DNA of 52,577 nt, taken from Intoshia linei (Eukaryota > Animalia > Orthonectida). Each line of letters begins with the position of its first letter. The stretch's first letter is position 1. Location of the stretch: the NCBI GenBank assembly GCA_001642005.1, contig LWCA01000115.1, positions 1 to 52,577 of the forward strand, in the 5' to 3' direction. The notes under the pieces are model-generated. The model saw only the letters and a list, made by a program, of their open reading frames with translations. It had not been told where the DNA came from and made no database searches. Both the position numbers and the translations under genes were made by a program. Positions 36,601 through 50,559 of this stretch are shown here, in pieces.

Positions 36601-39600
36601 CTCCATTAATTTTTGAGTAGAGATCGCTGTATCTCGAAAAAAATTTAGAAATTAGATATATATTCTAGTCAAAGCAGTCAGCACTGTCGACAAGTAGGTA
36701 ATGCGTAGGTTTAAAAATTATCAAATCATTATTATAAATTAATTGTCCTTTACTAGAGCGACTCATCATACCCAGACCCTTTTAGATGCCTAGACAAAAT
36801 TTTTACAAACTGATCATTTAAAATATTATATTTTCGAATATAATAACTATTTTAAACTTAGACTTAAATTTAAACTACCAAATTACCAAACATTACCAAA
36901 TACTCCAGATATTTTCAAAAAAAATTTTTATCTAGAAAAAGTTACGTAAGAATCACTAAACGTCACAGATTTATTAATTTATAATAAATTAATAAAATAA
37001 TAAATAAATAAATAATAATAATAAAATAACTAATACCAATATTTATTATCGTAATATTTTCATTCGATCAACAACACAATATTTAATAACATAAATAAAA
37101 CTTAAATCCTTACTTATATTATATGCTTTGTTTGTCTATGTGTGTGAGTGTGTTATCGTTTATTTCAATAACTACCAGTCTTAGAACTTTAATAAAGTCC
37201 ACATTTCAATAAGTTTTTTCCGGGTGATAATAAAATACATTTCAACCTCCCATACTTACATCTTATTGGTCAAAAACCCAATTGTTGTTTTTTTTTAAAA
37301 TCAAACAAGTTGGAAAATTTAAAAAATATATACGCTTATACGGATTTTAAAATCATAATTATTATCATTAATTTAAATTTAAAAAAAATTAATCTTCAGG
37401 GCCAAAACCACAAACTACCCTTTTTTTAATGAAAACAGCCCTAAAATTTAAAAAAATTTACAGGTAATACAGTTGTATTCTGTTAACACAGATAAAAAAT
37501 TTAAATCTAAATAAGTGACGACTTCACGGTCAAAAAAGCATTTTAGTATTCATATATTTTTTTTCCGAAATATTTTATTAACATGTAAAACAAAAAATGT
37601 GAAATAATAAACAGTCCGAAAATTTAAAAAAACGATTATTCTGATAGAGCTTATTCCAGTTGATATAAAAACAAAAGTTCAACCCGACAAATCTTCGCAT
37701 TACCGATGAAAAATAATTTTTAATATATTATCAACTAATATAGTTTAAATATTTCGATTAAAATAAAAATTAAAAATGTAAAATTCGCCTGAAATATGTT
37801 TATAAAGTGAAGATTCCGTTAATTATTGATAAATAATTGGTATTTTTAAGTATTTATTTAATTGGTACTGAATTTATTATTAATATATCATCACATTGAA
37901 AATGACAAAATGTGTTTATATAATTTTATTTTTTCTGGAATTTATGCTATTTATGACAACTTTTAAGATTGGACTATTTTTACTTTATTTTTAATATTAT
38001 ACACATATTCTGTCTAATAAATTAAAAAAATGGGATAACAATTATTTTTAAAATTCTTTACGCAAATGTTAACAAACAAAAAATTAAGAAGGAATAATTC
38101 ACTTTAAAGTAAAAAATGATATGACGTTTCCACCTGAAACTAGTTTGGGAACCACTCCTTTAAAAGATTGATAATAGTGAATAGTAGGATTTTTAAGTTA
38201 GATTTTCAACGTGAATTTATTTGATACAATAAAAATGTGCCCTCGGCAGATCTAGGTGCTAGTGCTGTTTGTACATAGTACATAACATTCAACCTATTAA
38301 TATATAAAATAATATGATTAGTTAACAAAATTGATGACTATGTCGCTTTAAAAATACATCGCTCAAATTAATATAGCATCTAAAAATGATGGATAATAAA
38401 ATTACTTATTGTATAATACAATGTCTGGTAACCATATGCGGTCATCTGGAACTGTAATACTTGATATACCGCTATGTTCGAGTGGTTTCCATTTTAAATT
38501 CACATCAATCCACGTCTAATTAAAATGTAAATAAAATCAGCTATACAAGATGTACAGTTTACGCCTTTGATGAGTGGAAAAGGGTTAAATAGTACACTAC
38601 CAAGTTTGTAATCCAAATTTTTAGAGGTCAACTACAAAAAATTTTTTATTTTATAACATTTAAAAAACTTATTTTTACACGGTGTGGGCACTTCCCAAAA
38701 GTAATATCTTATTAGATATAACAAAACTATTGTAATGTAAATTAATTTTACTTGTAACAGTGACCAATAAATATCAAATAGAAACAAACGTACCCGAAAA
38801 AGTTTTATTTTCCCTGAATCATCTATATAGTCCAAATCTATCGACAGATTGCTAGGACCTATTTTTATTTACAAGATTTACTCGAAGCATAGTAGGTTTG
38901 GATCTGGTGTCAATGGTTAGATATTTAATAAATTTAAATAATTTAATATTAAATTTAAGTTTAAGTTAAAGTAAAAGTTAGAAAGTTAAAAGTTAGTTAA
39001 AATAAGTTAAAGTAATTAATATTAAAAATTTTAATAAACAAATTAATATACCATGTAAATGTTAATATTACAAATAGCATCTTATTTCTAAATATATTTT
39101 CAGGGTCTTCCCATAAATAATATTCTTATATTAATTTATTGGCATATAATTCGTCCATATTATATTGTTAAATATAAAGTAATTAGTTTAATTAATACCA
39201 TAACTATAATAACGGTATACTTTCAAGTTTAGTGGAAAAAGTGACCAATTGCCCAATAAAGTGGTAATTTTTCGAGTATTTACTGTACATGCATTAATGC
39301 ATCTCTCTATAATAAAATGTACCATTGTAAGCCAACAATTTGTAACTAAGACTTGATTTTTTTCTTCCTAAAAATTAAAAAATGTAGTCATTATTATTGT
39401 TTTCCAGTTAATGTGATCAAATTCAATTCAATAATTGTTTTTTTGTTTGTTTCATTTAACAAATTGTATTGTGCGCATTAAATCGCGAAGAAATAGATTT
39501 TAGAATTTGAGCTTTTAAAAATGTAATAATCTTAACGCTTTGAAAAAATATTGGCACATAGGTACACAAAGATTGAGTTTTCATATGTAAGATGTAAATC

Positions 39601-42283
39601 TTTACGGTTCGATAAAAGTAAGGATCCTTTTTGTGTTTATTAAAATAAAACTTTTATTCTTTATATCAGGGGTGCCCAATATTTTTTTGATGCAATCGAC
39701 TTTAAAATTTTTTAATGAGTGACGATGGACTAATACATTGACGAGAAAAATGTTCTGATCGGAATCTATGTTAAAAATTAAAAATTATGATTGTAAAAAA
39801 GATAAAAATAAAAATTCAGAATAATTCGAAGCGTTTCGCTGTATATTTGAAAATTATTGTCAAAACCTAGTATAAGAATTAGTGGAATAATCCAAACTTT
39901 ATAAATTTATGTAGCAAGTATATTATTTAATAATATTGCTAGAGAAGGGGTTAAATAAGTAAACTTCCGGTACCCACTCAACATATAATTAACTACGTTT
40001 TAACAATATATAAATAAAATTAAATTTTATCAATATTAAAATAAATTATTTTAAAATAATGATCATTTTAATGACGAGTATTATTTATAATAAAAAATTA
40101 ATTATAATTTTTTAATTTTGGCGATCAATTAGAAAATTATCTGCGTTCGACAGATTGGACCTCTATGCTCTATATACACCGGGTGCATGTACGTCTACGA
40201 CAAATCAACTTGGTTCACATCAACTGAAACTGAAACATTGACAACAGAATATGTTTATATTTATATATTATGTAGTACATCAGCTATTCTCAACGGGGTC
40301 CACAGCACTCTTTTGGGGGTCCATGAAAATTATATACATTTATTACATATTATAGACATTTTCAGTAACATAAAGGCTCAGAAATACTAATATAAAACGT
40401 GAAAATCATGTAAAAGTAAATTCTTTGGTATTAAATTAAATTACTTACAAGTGTAAAAACTTATTGGGAAACCTCCATTGTTCTATTTTAGGAGCAGCTG
40501 TTTTATTTAATTATTTTATTAAAATTTATGACCGAGCCGAGTTTCTAGCCATAAAAAGAGCTTTAAAGTTCAAATTGAAAATGGGACAAAAAATCAGTCA
40601 ATATTCATGATTCTATGAAATATCAACCAAGGGATATAAAATATTAATTCTATACAGGAAAGATAGATAATATAGACTTTTTATTGATGTGATAAAATAT
40701 GTAGTAAACAATTAATAATGTACTGTAAAGAATACCTGAAAAACATGTTGCATTTTGGGCACATGACGGGTTAAAAGTTAATATTAATAGTTCATCAAGT
40801 TTATCACCTCGCAAAAATAGAGTACTCCATGTTTTTTGACCATCATTTGTTTCACCCAAATGTAATGATTCATTAAAAATTGTCATTATTATTAATTTTT
40901 TTTGGGGTCCACAGCGAGTTGAAAAAGACAAAATAAAAAAGGTTGAGAATGCCTGTAGTACATAATATGTTGTATATTGTAAATAGTGTTCTATTAAAAA
41001 TAATAATTTTTTGAATTTACAATTTATATATACATTAATAATTAATGTTAATAATAATATTTAATTTATTGATAAATAAATAACAGAATAAGAAGAAACT
41101 GTACAATGTACATTGTTATAAAAAGTTTGCGTTGTATTTATTATCATTTATATCAAACTAAGATACATTTTTTTAAATTTAAATTTATGATAATACAAAA
41201 AATATTTATATATTTATGATTTTAAAATCCGTAGCAGAGTATATATTTTTTTAAATTCTCGAACTCGTTTGATATTCAAAAAAGGACAATTAGGCTTTTT
41301 AACACGTAAGATGTGAGCTTGGGAGGTTGAAATTTATTTTTCTAACCCCCGGAAAAAACTATTATTGAAATGTGGACTTTATAAAATTCTAAGACTGGTA
41401 GTTATTGAAATAAACGGGCACACAGACATTTAAACAAATATTGCAAAGCATATTATATAAATAAGGATTTATTTAAGTTTTAGCTACTTTTAACTTCACT
41501 AACAAGTGTTCGATGGGATTAAGGTCTGGAAATTTACTAGGCCAATCTGGAATAACGACTACATTGTCATATAACTATTTAAGTCATTATCATGCTGGAA
41601 AATAAAATTATACTTTAAAGTTTAAACCTATGATTTCTGCGGATAACGTGAGATTATAACTAATTAAAAACTAAATTAACAACTTAGTTTTTAAAATTAA
41701 AAAGACAACTTTGTACATAAAATGTACTATGAAAAAAATTACAACCAAACTTTTTGTAACAACTTTACACAAAAACATTTTTCATATTTTATACCATATC
41801 CAATACGTGCACTAATGTTAAATCTAAAATATAAATTAATAAATAATACATATTTAAACATTTGGACAGTACGGACAATTATAATTATACATAATTTGTA
41901 TTATCAAGTTGTTGAGGCCTAATAAAATTCTGAAAAATTCCAATAATCATACTTAAAAATAATGAACCTCATTTTAATTTGTTTCTAATTAAAAGGTTTT
42001 TCGGTAAACTATAATTTGAATGAATTAGTGAGAAATCATAATCAATATTTGGAGTGAAAATTTTTTTTGACTTTAACTGCTCTTTTTGTCAACACTAATC
42101 ATGTATTTTAAAATTACCGAAATAGACAACAACAGTTTCATTCCATTTGAGTACTGGACGAGTATTTTTTCTATAATCCAAAAACAAATGTTCAAGTAAT
42201 TTACTTTGATCTGACAAGCAATAAAAACATTTTAATTTAAATAAAAATGAAATGGAAATAAAATTTACAATGTATCTAAACAT
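33609..42283 (-). CDS. Nicotinic acetylcholine receptor subunit (Cys-loop cation channel, no vicinal CC)
   Basis: Signal peptide plus LLEHLFLDYRKNTRPV (42283-42118); EEKNQVLVTNCWLTM (~39368-39324); WLPDIVLYN (~38516-38407); GVVSWAPP (~36428-36508); Cys loop CKLNIAFFPFDSQIC; M2 GEKISLGITILLAYSVFMLLIAE; M4 EWRLIAVIVDRIFL; stop 33609-33611. One expected short exon between 39370 and 42117 was not located. Confidence 0.93.
37107..38297 (+). mobile_element. Full-length (~1.19 kb) non-autonomous Helitron
   Basis: A|TCCTTACTTATATTATATGC followed by a GT-rich tract at the 5' end. The 3' hairpin is followed by degenerate CTAT|T. Reference copy for the family. Confidence 0.8.
41170..41467 (-). mobile_element. 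Helitron 5' portion
   Basis: The minus strand begins A|TCCTTATTTATATAATATGC and matches 37107-37370. Confidence 0.75.
41485..41660 (-). pseudogene. Tc1-type transposase remnant
   Basis: Frameshifted translation FQHDND ... VVIPDWPSKFPDLNPIEHL matches the Tc1 DD34E motifs FQQDN and WPxxSPDLNPIEN. Confidence 0.8.
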
Positions 42284-43949
42284 TGCTATATTATAAAAAT
42301 TTTTAACTGAAAAATAAATGTATATAGTGGGCCCATATATACAAACCATTTAGACATTAATCAAAACAATTTGCATTTATTTAATATTAAATGTTTGACA
42401 CACATCATTTTATTCCACCATATCCTGTATTATATCTATCAGATACAATAAAATGAATGCATATGATGTGTAGTTGTATCAGTTTGCTAGTTGAAAAATT
42501 AATAAAATGTGTAAATTGTAAATGTTTATAATTTCTTTAGCATACTTGGTATCATTTAAAATTTTTACATTACATTTAATAAACAATGTAATTACAGTTT
42601 ATAATAATACAGTATACTTTTTTAAATATTATACACAAAATATACATATTAAAATGTATTTAAAAAGAACCTCTAAAGTAAAGTTTAATTATTAAAATTT
42701 CAACAGTAGGATTAATTAGCATTTCTTGTCGGCATAATAAATGTTGGGCACAGTGCACATGTTGTATATCGTTAACGTATCCAGTTGATAGGTTAAGCTC
42801 AAGTTTAGTTTAACGCAAAAGCGAATACCAATTAAATAATCTTTACTTTGCTATATAAAAATTAACAATAAATACATGTATGTATAAAAAAAAAATTGAA
42901 GTTACTTAAAGGGTACGACCAGGAAAATGTCGGCCCGTGCCATATAATCTGAACGAATTTATTGTACAATTTTATTTAAATAATAAAATGTAATTACAAG
43001 CCTTTGGCATATTAATACAGCAGTGATTTCAGCTACTAAATAAATTAAAATTTTACCAATTTTGGATTAAAATTTACCGTGTACGTAGACGTGCATTTTG
43101 CAGTAATTCCGTGGTTGGCCAATTTTCTAACAATCAAATGTACATTTATGGGGATTATAGATTATTAACGTGTGTCCTCAAACACCGTTTATAATTTATT
43201 ACTGCAAACGTAAGTAGAAACATAAAACTTTTTTATTTACACCAACATGTTAAAAATAGTGAATGAAATGTATACCATTTTTGACGTTTAAAACTGAATA
43301 TTGATAAATAATGCAGTAATATAATATACAAAAGTAAAAAGAATAGTCCAAAACATTGATATCTTTATACAAACCAATCGAATATGCAAAATATTTATAC
43401 ATTGTATTTAAAGATTTTAATTATACTGCGCATTTTCCATGTTTTTCTCATTCCTGTTCCCTAATATTAATACATTGATGAATATGATATATATAGTTAT
43501 ACACATTTTCGAAGGTGATGTAAAACAGACAATGCACAATTTAAATTTAAATCAGAAGTGTCAAACTTGCAACCCTTTTAAATTTAAATGCGACAAACCG
43601 CGACTACTTATACATGTATATTAAGGTGTCATATTGTTTCAAAAATGTGAGAATTTTAAGAATGATTAGTTCCAAATCTGTTCATTTATGTGGTAGTAAG
43701 AATGGTTTGAAATATTTTATGTCAACAATATCAAAAATAGTACATTTTAAATAATATTGGTTGCAGTCCCCTACATTTTGAAAATACTCCAACGTGGGCT
43801 AACGCCTACGTTGAGAACCACTGGTTTAATATAATATAAAAATTTATTTCAATTTCCAGAAGAGGTTTTGGGCGCGGTAGGTGTATTCTAGTTTCAAAAT
43901 TCTGGGAAAATTCTGGTTTTATCAACCCTAAAAAGAAAAAGAAGAAAGA

Positions 43950-44230
43950 AGTTCTTACTTTATTTTTAATATTATACACACATTCTGTCTAATAAATTAA
44001 AAAAATGAGATAACAATTGTTTTTAAAATTCTTAACGCAAATGTTAACAAACAAAAAATTAAGATGGAATAATTCATTTTAAAGTAAAAAGTAATGTGAT
44101 ATGATGGTTCTACCTGAAATAAATTTAAGAACCACTCCTTTAAAAAATTAATAATAGTGAATAGTAAGATTTTTAAGTTAGATTTTACACGTGAATTTAA
44201 TTTTTAAGTATAATAAAAACATGCCCTCAG
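43950..44230 (+). mobile_element. Helitron internal/3' fragment
   Basis: Matches 37980-38250. Confidence 0.7.
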
Positions 44231-45160
44231 TCAACCTTGTCAGTTATAAAAGTAATCATTGATTTGTTTATTGAATACTTCGTTTATGGTATATGACCAT
44301 AATTAATACTAAATTAATGGCTATTTTTTTCAAATTTTGTTGTATAAAATTTGAAACTTAAAGTAGTTCTTTTCAATACAATATTTATTTATGTTAAAAA
44401 ATTTTTGCATAATTCTTTTAATTGGTGATTTTAGATAATATTTTTGATACACACTTAAAATAAAAAAACATTGACATCCTATTGTACAATACTATATACA
44501 TTTTGCATAATATGTAAACAATTCAATTACCGAGGCGCCCATTGCAGCTACTCCAAAATGTATAGTTTCATGTTGTATGTTCGCAATAATATATAAAGTA
44601 ATTTTTGAATATTTTAATTTACACAATTGTATAAACAAATATTTTAATTTTTTATATTATTACACGGACCACAAAAATCTTTTTATTTCATATCATTATA
44701 CATATATGTAGTTTTTACTTGGTCTCATTATGTATATTTTTTTCTTTTCTCAATGTCGTACAGCCACCACATAAAATTAGGCGTTCAAATGTGATCTGTT
44801 ACATCAATTGAAAAATCACATTTGTAGGAGAATTGTAGGATTTTAAATATTCATTTATTGCATATGATTTTTTGGATTTAATTAAATAAATACCACAAAC
44901 CATGCAGTAGTGTGACACATATTATAAACATTCCATTTAACAATATTGATAAATGTTAACATGTTAACAATAATGATAAAAAATAAAATATTCCTAATAA
45001 ATGTGAATTTTAGTGCTAATTCTTAGCCAAATATTAAAGGGGATTAATTAATTTGTCAGTTTTTAATTGCTTTCTTGTCAGTACATAATTGCATTTTTGT
45101 CAGTAAATACATTAACTAGATCAGTATTCATCGAAAATTGTAAGTAATTCAACAAATAAG

Positions 45161-45483
45161 TATATAGAAATAAACACATTTTATAAAATAATATTTTGTC
45201 AGTAAAAAAATTGAATTGTAAGTTTAATGATTTTGAAGTGTCAGTATAAAAATTAAAAGTTTTTGAAATTGAATGTAATTATGTCAATCCCTTTAATCTT
45301 TTTTATATCTCTCTCTTGTCNTATAGAAATAAACACATTTTATAAAATAATATTTTGTCAGTAAAAAAATTGAATTGTAAGTTTAATGATTTTGGAGTGT
45401 CAGTATAAAAATTAAAAGTCTAGTTTTTGAAAATTGAATGTGAATATGTCAATCCCTTTAATCTTTTTTATATCTCTCTTGTC
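45161..45483 (+). repeat. ~160-bp direct duplication spanning an N
   Basis: 45163-45320 is repeated at 45322-45483 with a few differences. A single n sits at 45321. Confidence 0.8.
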
Positions 45484-45892
45484 TTTATTATCATTATTGT
45501 GAGGTTAATAATTAGTTTAATCTTATAAAATACTTTATATAATAGTATCATTCACTACAGACCCAAGTTAAAACTGAAATATTAAGATACCATATTATAA
45601 CTACAAACCAAATTACAAAAAAATTAGGAATATTCTATGGTGTTTACACCAGAGAATATTTTTTTATGAAATATAATTGTTAATTAATTAATTGTTAACA
45701 AACATGTTAATTAATTGTGTCAGTATTTTTCTTTAATTATTTTTTAGTATTGTAGATGGTTTTCAGTATTTTAGATTTTTTTACTGACAAAATAATTTTT
45801 TTTACTGCTTTTCCAATTTAAATACCGACAATCAATTATTTGTAAATTTTAATTCGTTATATTTAGATTAATTTATTATATCTTAATATAAG

Positions 45893-47109
45893 ATGAAAAG
45901 TTTTTCAATTACAAAGTTATACAGATTGCAATGTTGGTAGAGTATCAAATATAGTCGATATGATTAATATTCATCCATTTAAAATAAAAAAAACAGAAAA
46001 ACGGGAATGCAAATGCGAACCAATTATAAATTTTTCTGATACTGAAATAAAATATGAGAATGATTTGAATTACATCCCATTTGTTCCCAAAAAAAAATAA
46101 TATATTAAATGGAAAAGAATTGGCCAGCATTTCAGAAAATACTGGGATTTGAATGAAATCAACAATCATTGTAGCAAATGCAATATTTGATAAATTACAA
46201 TTGAAATCAATTTCACGGATAGCTGCACAAATAAAATCCTCTTCAATTGAAACAATCAACTTACAACTTATTTATGCACTTAAACAGGATAGTACAGGAT
46301 ATTTATTATGTTTTGACGGAAAAACTTATAAAAATATACATTACTTGGTAATTGCTGTAAAAGGGGAATAGTTAGTAAAATTATTGCCTTAAAAATAATA
46401 AAAAATGGAAAATCCCAAACAATTTTTAATGTTTTAATGGAGGTTATATGTCAGTTCAATATTTATAAAAACATTAAAGGGTTGATGTGCGATACAACAG
46501 CTGTAGATACAGGATCCAAGAATGGTGTTTTTTGTTGCTTAAAAATAATATTCCCAAATATTATATATTACCCTTGTCGTTTACATGTTCTCGACAGGTT
46601 ATTGTTTCATTACATGGATGAATAACTACCTCATCTTCTCCTAATTCGGAGTATTATTTTATAAACACACTCAGAGATAAATTTGACATTTTACTGTCTA
46701 ACTATACAACATTAGATGTATCTGATTGGAAATATCCTCGCATGAACCGAAACGATTATAGCGAACTTTTATTGTTTATCAAATCATATATGCTATCAAA
46801 TATTATATACTTACAAAAGATCCTAATTTACGTGCAAGCTGTAATTTTATAGCAGATTATTGGGGACCGGCTTGGTTTCAATATAGAAAGGATTTAACTG
46901 GTATAAAAAAGCTTAAACCAAAATGCAATGGTAAAATATTGGATTGCTACGAAAGACATCTTGCTATTGAAACGCAACCTTTACTAAATGTGGAAATGAC
47001 CAACGAGATATGCGAACGAGCATTTTCCAGCTTAGAAAAATTCGCGGATAGGCATCTCAAGGATATTGCTACCAAATTTCTCATTTATGTCAATAAATCT
47101 TTTTCATAA
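45893..47109 (+). pseudogene. Decayed hAT-superfamily (hATm-like) transposase
   Basis: Fragmented frames: LCFDGK (first D), GLMCDTTAVDTGSKNG (second D), YPCRLHVLD (CxxH) and MTNEICERAFS (catalytic E). Multiple stops and frameshifts. Confidence 0.75.
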
Positions 47110-48014
47110 TGATATTTGTTTATTATATATTGTACTAGACTGGCAATTACATTATTTTATTAGTATTATGTTAATAAAAATTTGACAATCGTCTCAAGTT
47201 TAACCCAATTTTATTCAAAATTTTTCATTACTTCTTTAAATATAAAACTTTGAATATTCCAATATTTAGAAAGGAGTAAAAACTAATAAGGAAATCACTT
47301 GTAATTCATATAAGGGTTAATTGTAGCACCTTTATAATCTTCAAATTTTACTTTTAACTAAAGTAACGAATCGAACTTATTATTAAATTGATAAACCTTA
47401 ATTTTATTCGTTATTTTCAATTCTATTCATATCAGTTTGAAACTTCAATATTATAATATTAAAAAAATACGAAATGAAAATATGAGGCCTCAATCGAGCT
47501 ATCCACGTTTGTACGTATTACAAAACAATAGATCTAATCATATGTACATTATAATATTTAGAAAGTCAATTATTGAAAAATATTAAAATGCTGTAAAATT
47601 AAAATCACAAAATTTCAAAAAAATAAATATATATTCGTGTTATATAAAAAATTAATTTCCAATTGGTTATTATTGATCAATTCTTATATTATTAGTTTCA
47701 AAAAATGCACAATCTTACATTGTAGCGAAGCATAAATGCTGATAATAATTATTTAGATTCTGTTAAGAAACTTCTATTTAACCGATTTCACAAAAATTAA
47801 AAATTAATTGTTATGACGATTATTCATAACTGAAATTTACTATATGAAATATGATAATAATGTTGAATTATTTAAATTTTGAAGTGCTCAGCTCCAACGT
47901 TTTTTTAATTTTTTTTTAATATTTTTTTTAATTATGTACTACTCAACCGGCTCTTTAACATGTGTGGGTGTACTTTTGCATTTTCGAAAAAAATTGCAAA
48001 AACTTACACCCCTA

Positions 48015-48194
48015 ATATATACATCATACATAATATACCTCAAACATTATGCTTGTATTCACAGTGTTACAACACCAATACGAATAAAAAGTGTATGGTG
48101 TGATGTTCCCGCTAAAGCAAAATGCTTATCAATGGTACGAAAAAGGAGAAGAGGTCGTCCACGTATTGCTAGATCTGCATTGGCTTGGGATTAA
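48015..48194 (+). pseudogene. Possible MULE/SWIM-type transposase C-terminal remnant
   Basis: YLKHYACIHSV...VPAKAK..VRKRRRGRPRIARSAL resembles the degenerate SWIM finger plus KRxRGRP..AL tail of Mutator-like transposases. Confidence 0.4.
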
Positions 48195-48579
48195 ATAATA
48201 TTTTTTTATAATAAAATTTAATTGGTTATAATTTATAATGTACGAAATTTCAAATTGATACGGAGACTTGGTCATCTTCATCATTCATTCATCATCAACT
48301 TCACCATTTCGTTAGTTCTTATTCTTATTATATATTGATATAAACATTGTTGAACTAACTGGCATTTTGACTTATTTTATTTACGGTGATAATTCATAAT
48401 TAATTATAATTACTGTTATTGTTAATTTAAAATAAATTCTGTGAAAATTTTTCAAAAGTACTGTTAATTTTTTAAATATACTGTGAATTGAATTAATGTT
48501 ACGGTTAAATGAAGTTGGTTTACTGTTCATTTAAATTTATCTGATTTTTTTACAATTACGGCATTACAAGAAGAACTCT

Positions 48580-48930
48580 ATTACAGTTTTTCGAGTGATG
48601 TTTCATCGGAAATTTAATTTTCAGAATTTGAGTCCTTAAAGGTCAAAACCTTCATTTTTTTTTTTAAAAATCAAAAGATTCCTAAAATTATAAAAAATAC
48701 ATAATCTAATAAAGCTTTAAAAATCATCAACATAATGATAAATTTCAATTTCAAAATCTGATATCTTTGTTTTGAGACAAGTTTGGAAATCACTCCTAAT
48801 AATAGTGAATAGTAGCATTTTTAAGTGAGATTTTCTTTTTATACTGAATTTATTTTTTTGGTCGAATTTAAAAGTCCGCCATCTGCAGAGCTAGGTGCTG
48901 TTTGTGCCAAGTACATAACAGTCCACCTAT
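48580..48930 (+). mobile_element. Diverged Helitron fragment
   Basis: Family 3' end aagtccgccatctgcagagctaggtgctgtttgtg..gtacataacagtccacCTAT|T. Confidence 0.65.
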
Positions 48931-49009
48931 TAATCATACAAAACAATACCAGATGCAATGAAAATGTGATAAAATAAAATTTTAATAAAATATACACAAA
49001 TCGATAACA

Positions 49010-50559
49010 TTATTTAGCATTTTCGATGAAATATTGCATTAAATTGAGACTGATACTTTTTTTTGAATAAAAAATAGTACGATTAAAGTGTAGCAGTTGA
49101 CCATAAGAATCTACAACTGAATTTGGTGAACAAAGCAAAATTAAAGGAACTGTAGCAATATGTTTCTTTTTAAATCCAATTTCAGTCAAAAATTTAAAAT
49201 TTTTAATAACATCATCAGTATTTTTCAAAGGAACAACATGTTTATAAGTATACATTCTTTCAATAATATTTTTTTCCTCCTCTGTACACAATTTAAACAA
49301 TTCATTCATGTAATTACGAAATTGATGCACTTTCATAAAATCACGTTCAGTTTCATTTGACGTTACATTCACAATTTTATCAAAATGAGCAAAACTAATC
49401 TTTTGTCTATATGGAATAATTTTTTCCAACGGATCAATTTTATAAAACAATGAAAAATTTTTAAATTTTTCCATTGTAGTAAATTGTTGTAAAATTATTA
49501 AAACTTTTTTAGAATAATCCTGATAAAAATTAGTTTCAAAAACGGATCTATCTTTATCAAAATCGTATTCGGAAATGAATGAGTCATTGGGATCATCGGA
49601 ATATTTTTCAGTGTTTTCATTTTCAAAATTTTTGTTGATGTATTTAATGTAAGCGTCCATAATTTTTGAAAAACAAACTGACGAGTATTTACTAATAATA
49701 CGACTACTGTCTAGTTCAAATCCCAACTTAATGAATGCTTTTAACATTGATATTCTTCCAAAATTGTTATATCTTAAGAAACTTACTACTACGTCAGAAT
49801 ATATTTTTGAACCAATCAATCTTTTTTTATAAAAATTGTCTAACTCATCCATGCATGAAATTATGACAGGGTTGGATAAGTATTTTTCAATTTTTTCTAA
49901 AGGTTGTGTAGCGAAAGCAACGCACACGTAATTTGGTCGTTTGGATTTTACGTACTCTAACCTTTTTTTCAGTTCAATTTCGTTTATCAAGAGTAACCTT
50001 TTCCATGTAGAAAGTTCATATTCAGTTAATGGTGCATATTGACGTAGTAAAATTACTACGCGGTAAAAATTTAGAAATGTTTTATAAAATGTTCCATAAT
50101 TGAAATTTTTTCTTGAAACGAATGATTCAAAAATTGAAAAATTCTTTTTTCGAAATAAAATGTAGGCTGATTTTATTTCAGTGTCAATGAAAAGTTCATT
50201 ATTCATTTGTAGTGGAGCCGAATTAAAACATCGTGGTACTATTTTTTTTACATTTTGACCCACTACTTTTTCTCTTAGGAGAAAAGATATTTGATTTATT
50301 GACATGTTTGCATTGTACATTTTATCGTAATTTTTTCGTGACAGTGATAAAATTCTTATTAATCCATTTATTAAATTTCCATCCAATGAAAATGTATTTC
50401 TAAATATTTAATTATTTGTATTTTCTTCTTATTTTTCAAAATTGTACAATTTGAGTAATAATCAATATGCTCGATCAACGCGGTTAATATTTTAGATTCA
50501 TTGATAACTGACACTATAGAATAACTCATTCGATTAATACGATATTTTGAAAAATTCAT
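49010..50559 (-). CDS. Putative mTERF-family mitochondrial nucleic-acid-binding protein
   Basis: Open 458-codon frame at 49010-50386. mTERF-like repeats such as NFKFLTEIGFKKKHIATVPLILLCSP and ELKKRLEYVK, and the C-terminus LNLMQYFIE recalls invertebrate mTERF5/DmTTF ends. The frame starts at TTG, so an upstream exon (MNFSKYRINRMSYSI from 50559) is inferred. Confidence 0.5.

Noticed and set aside
45161-45483. Tandem duplication as a biological event
   Set aside because: The junction is exactly an N, so an unmerged contig or haplotype overlap is the likelier explanation.
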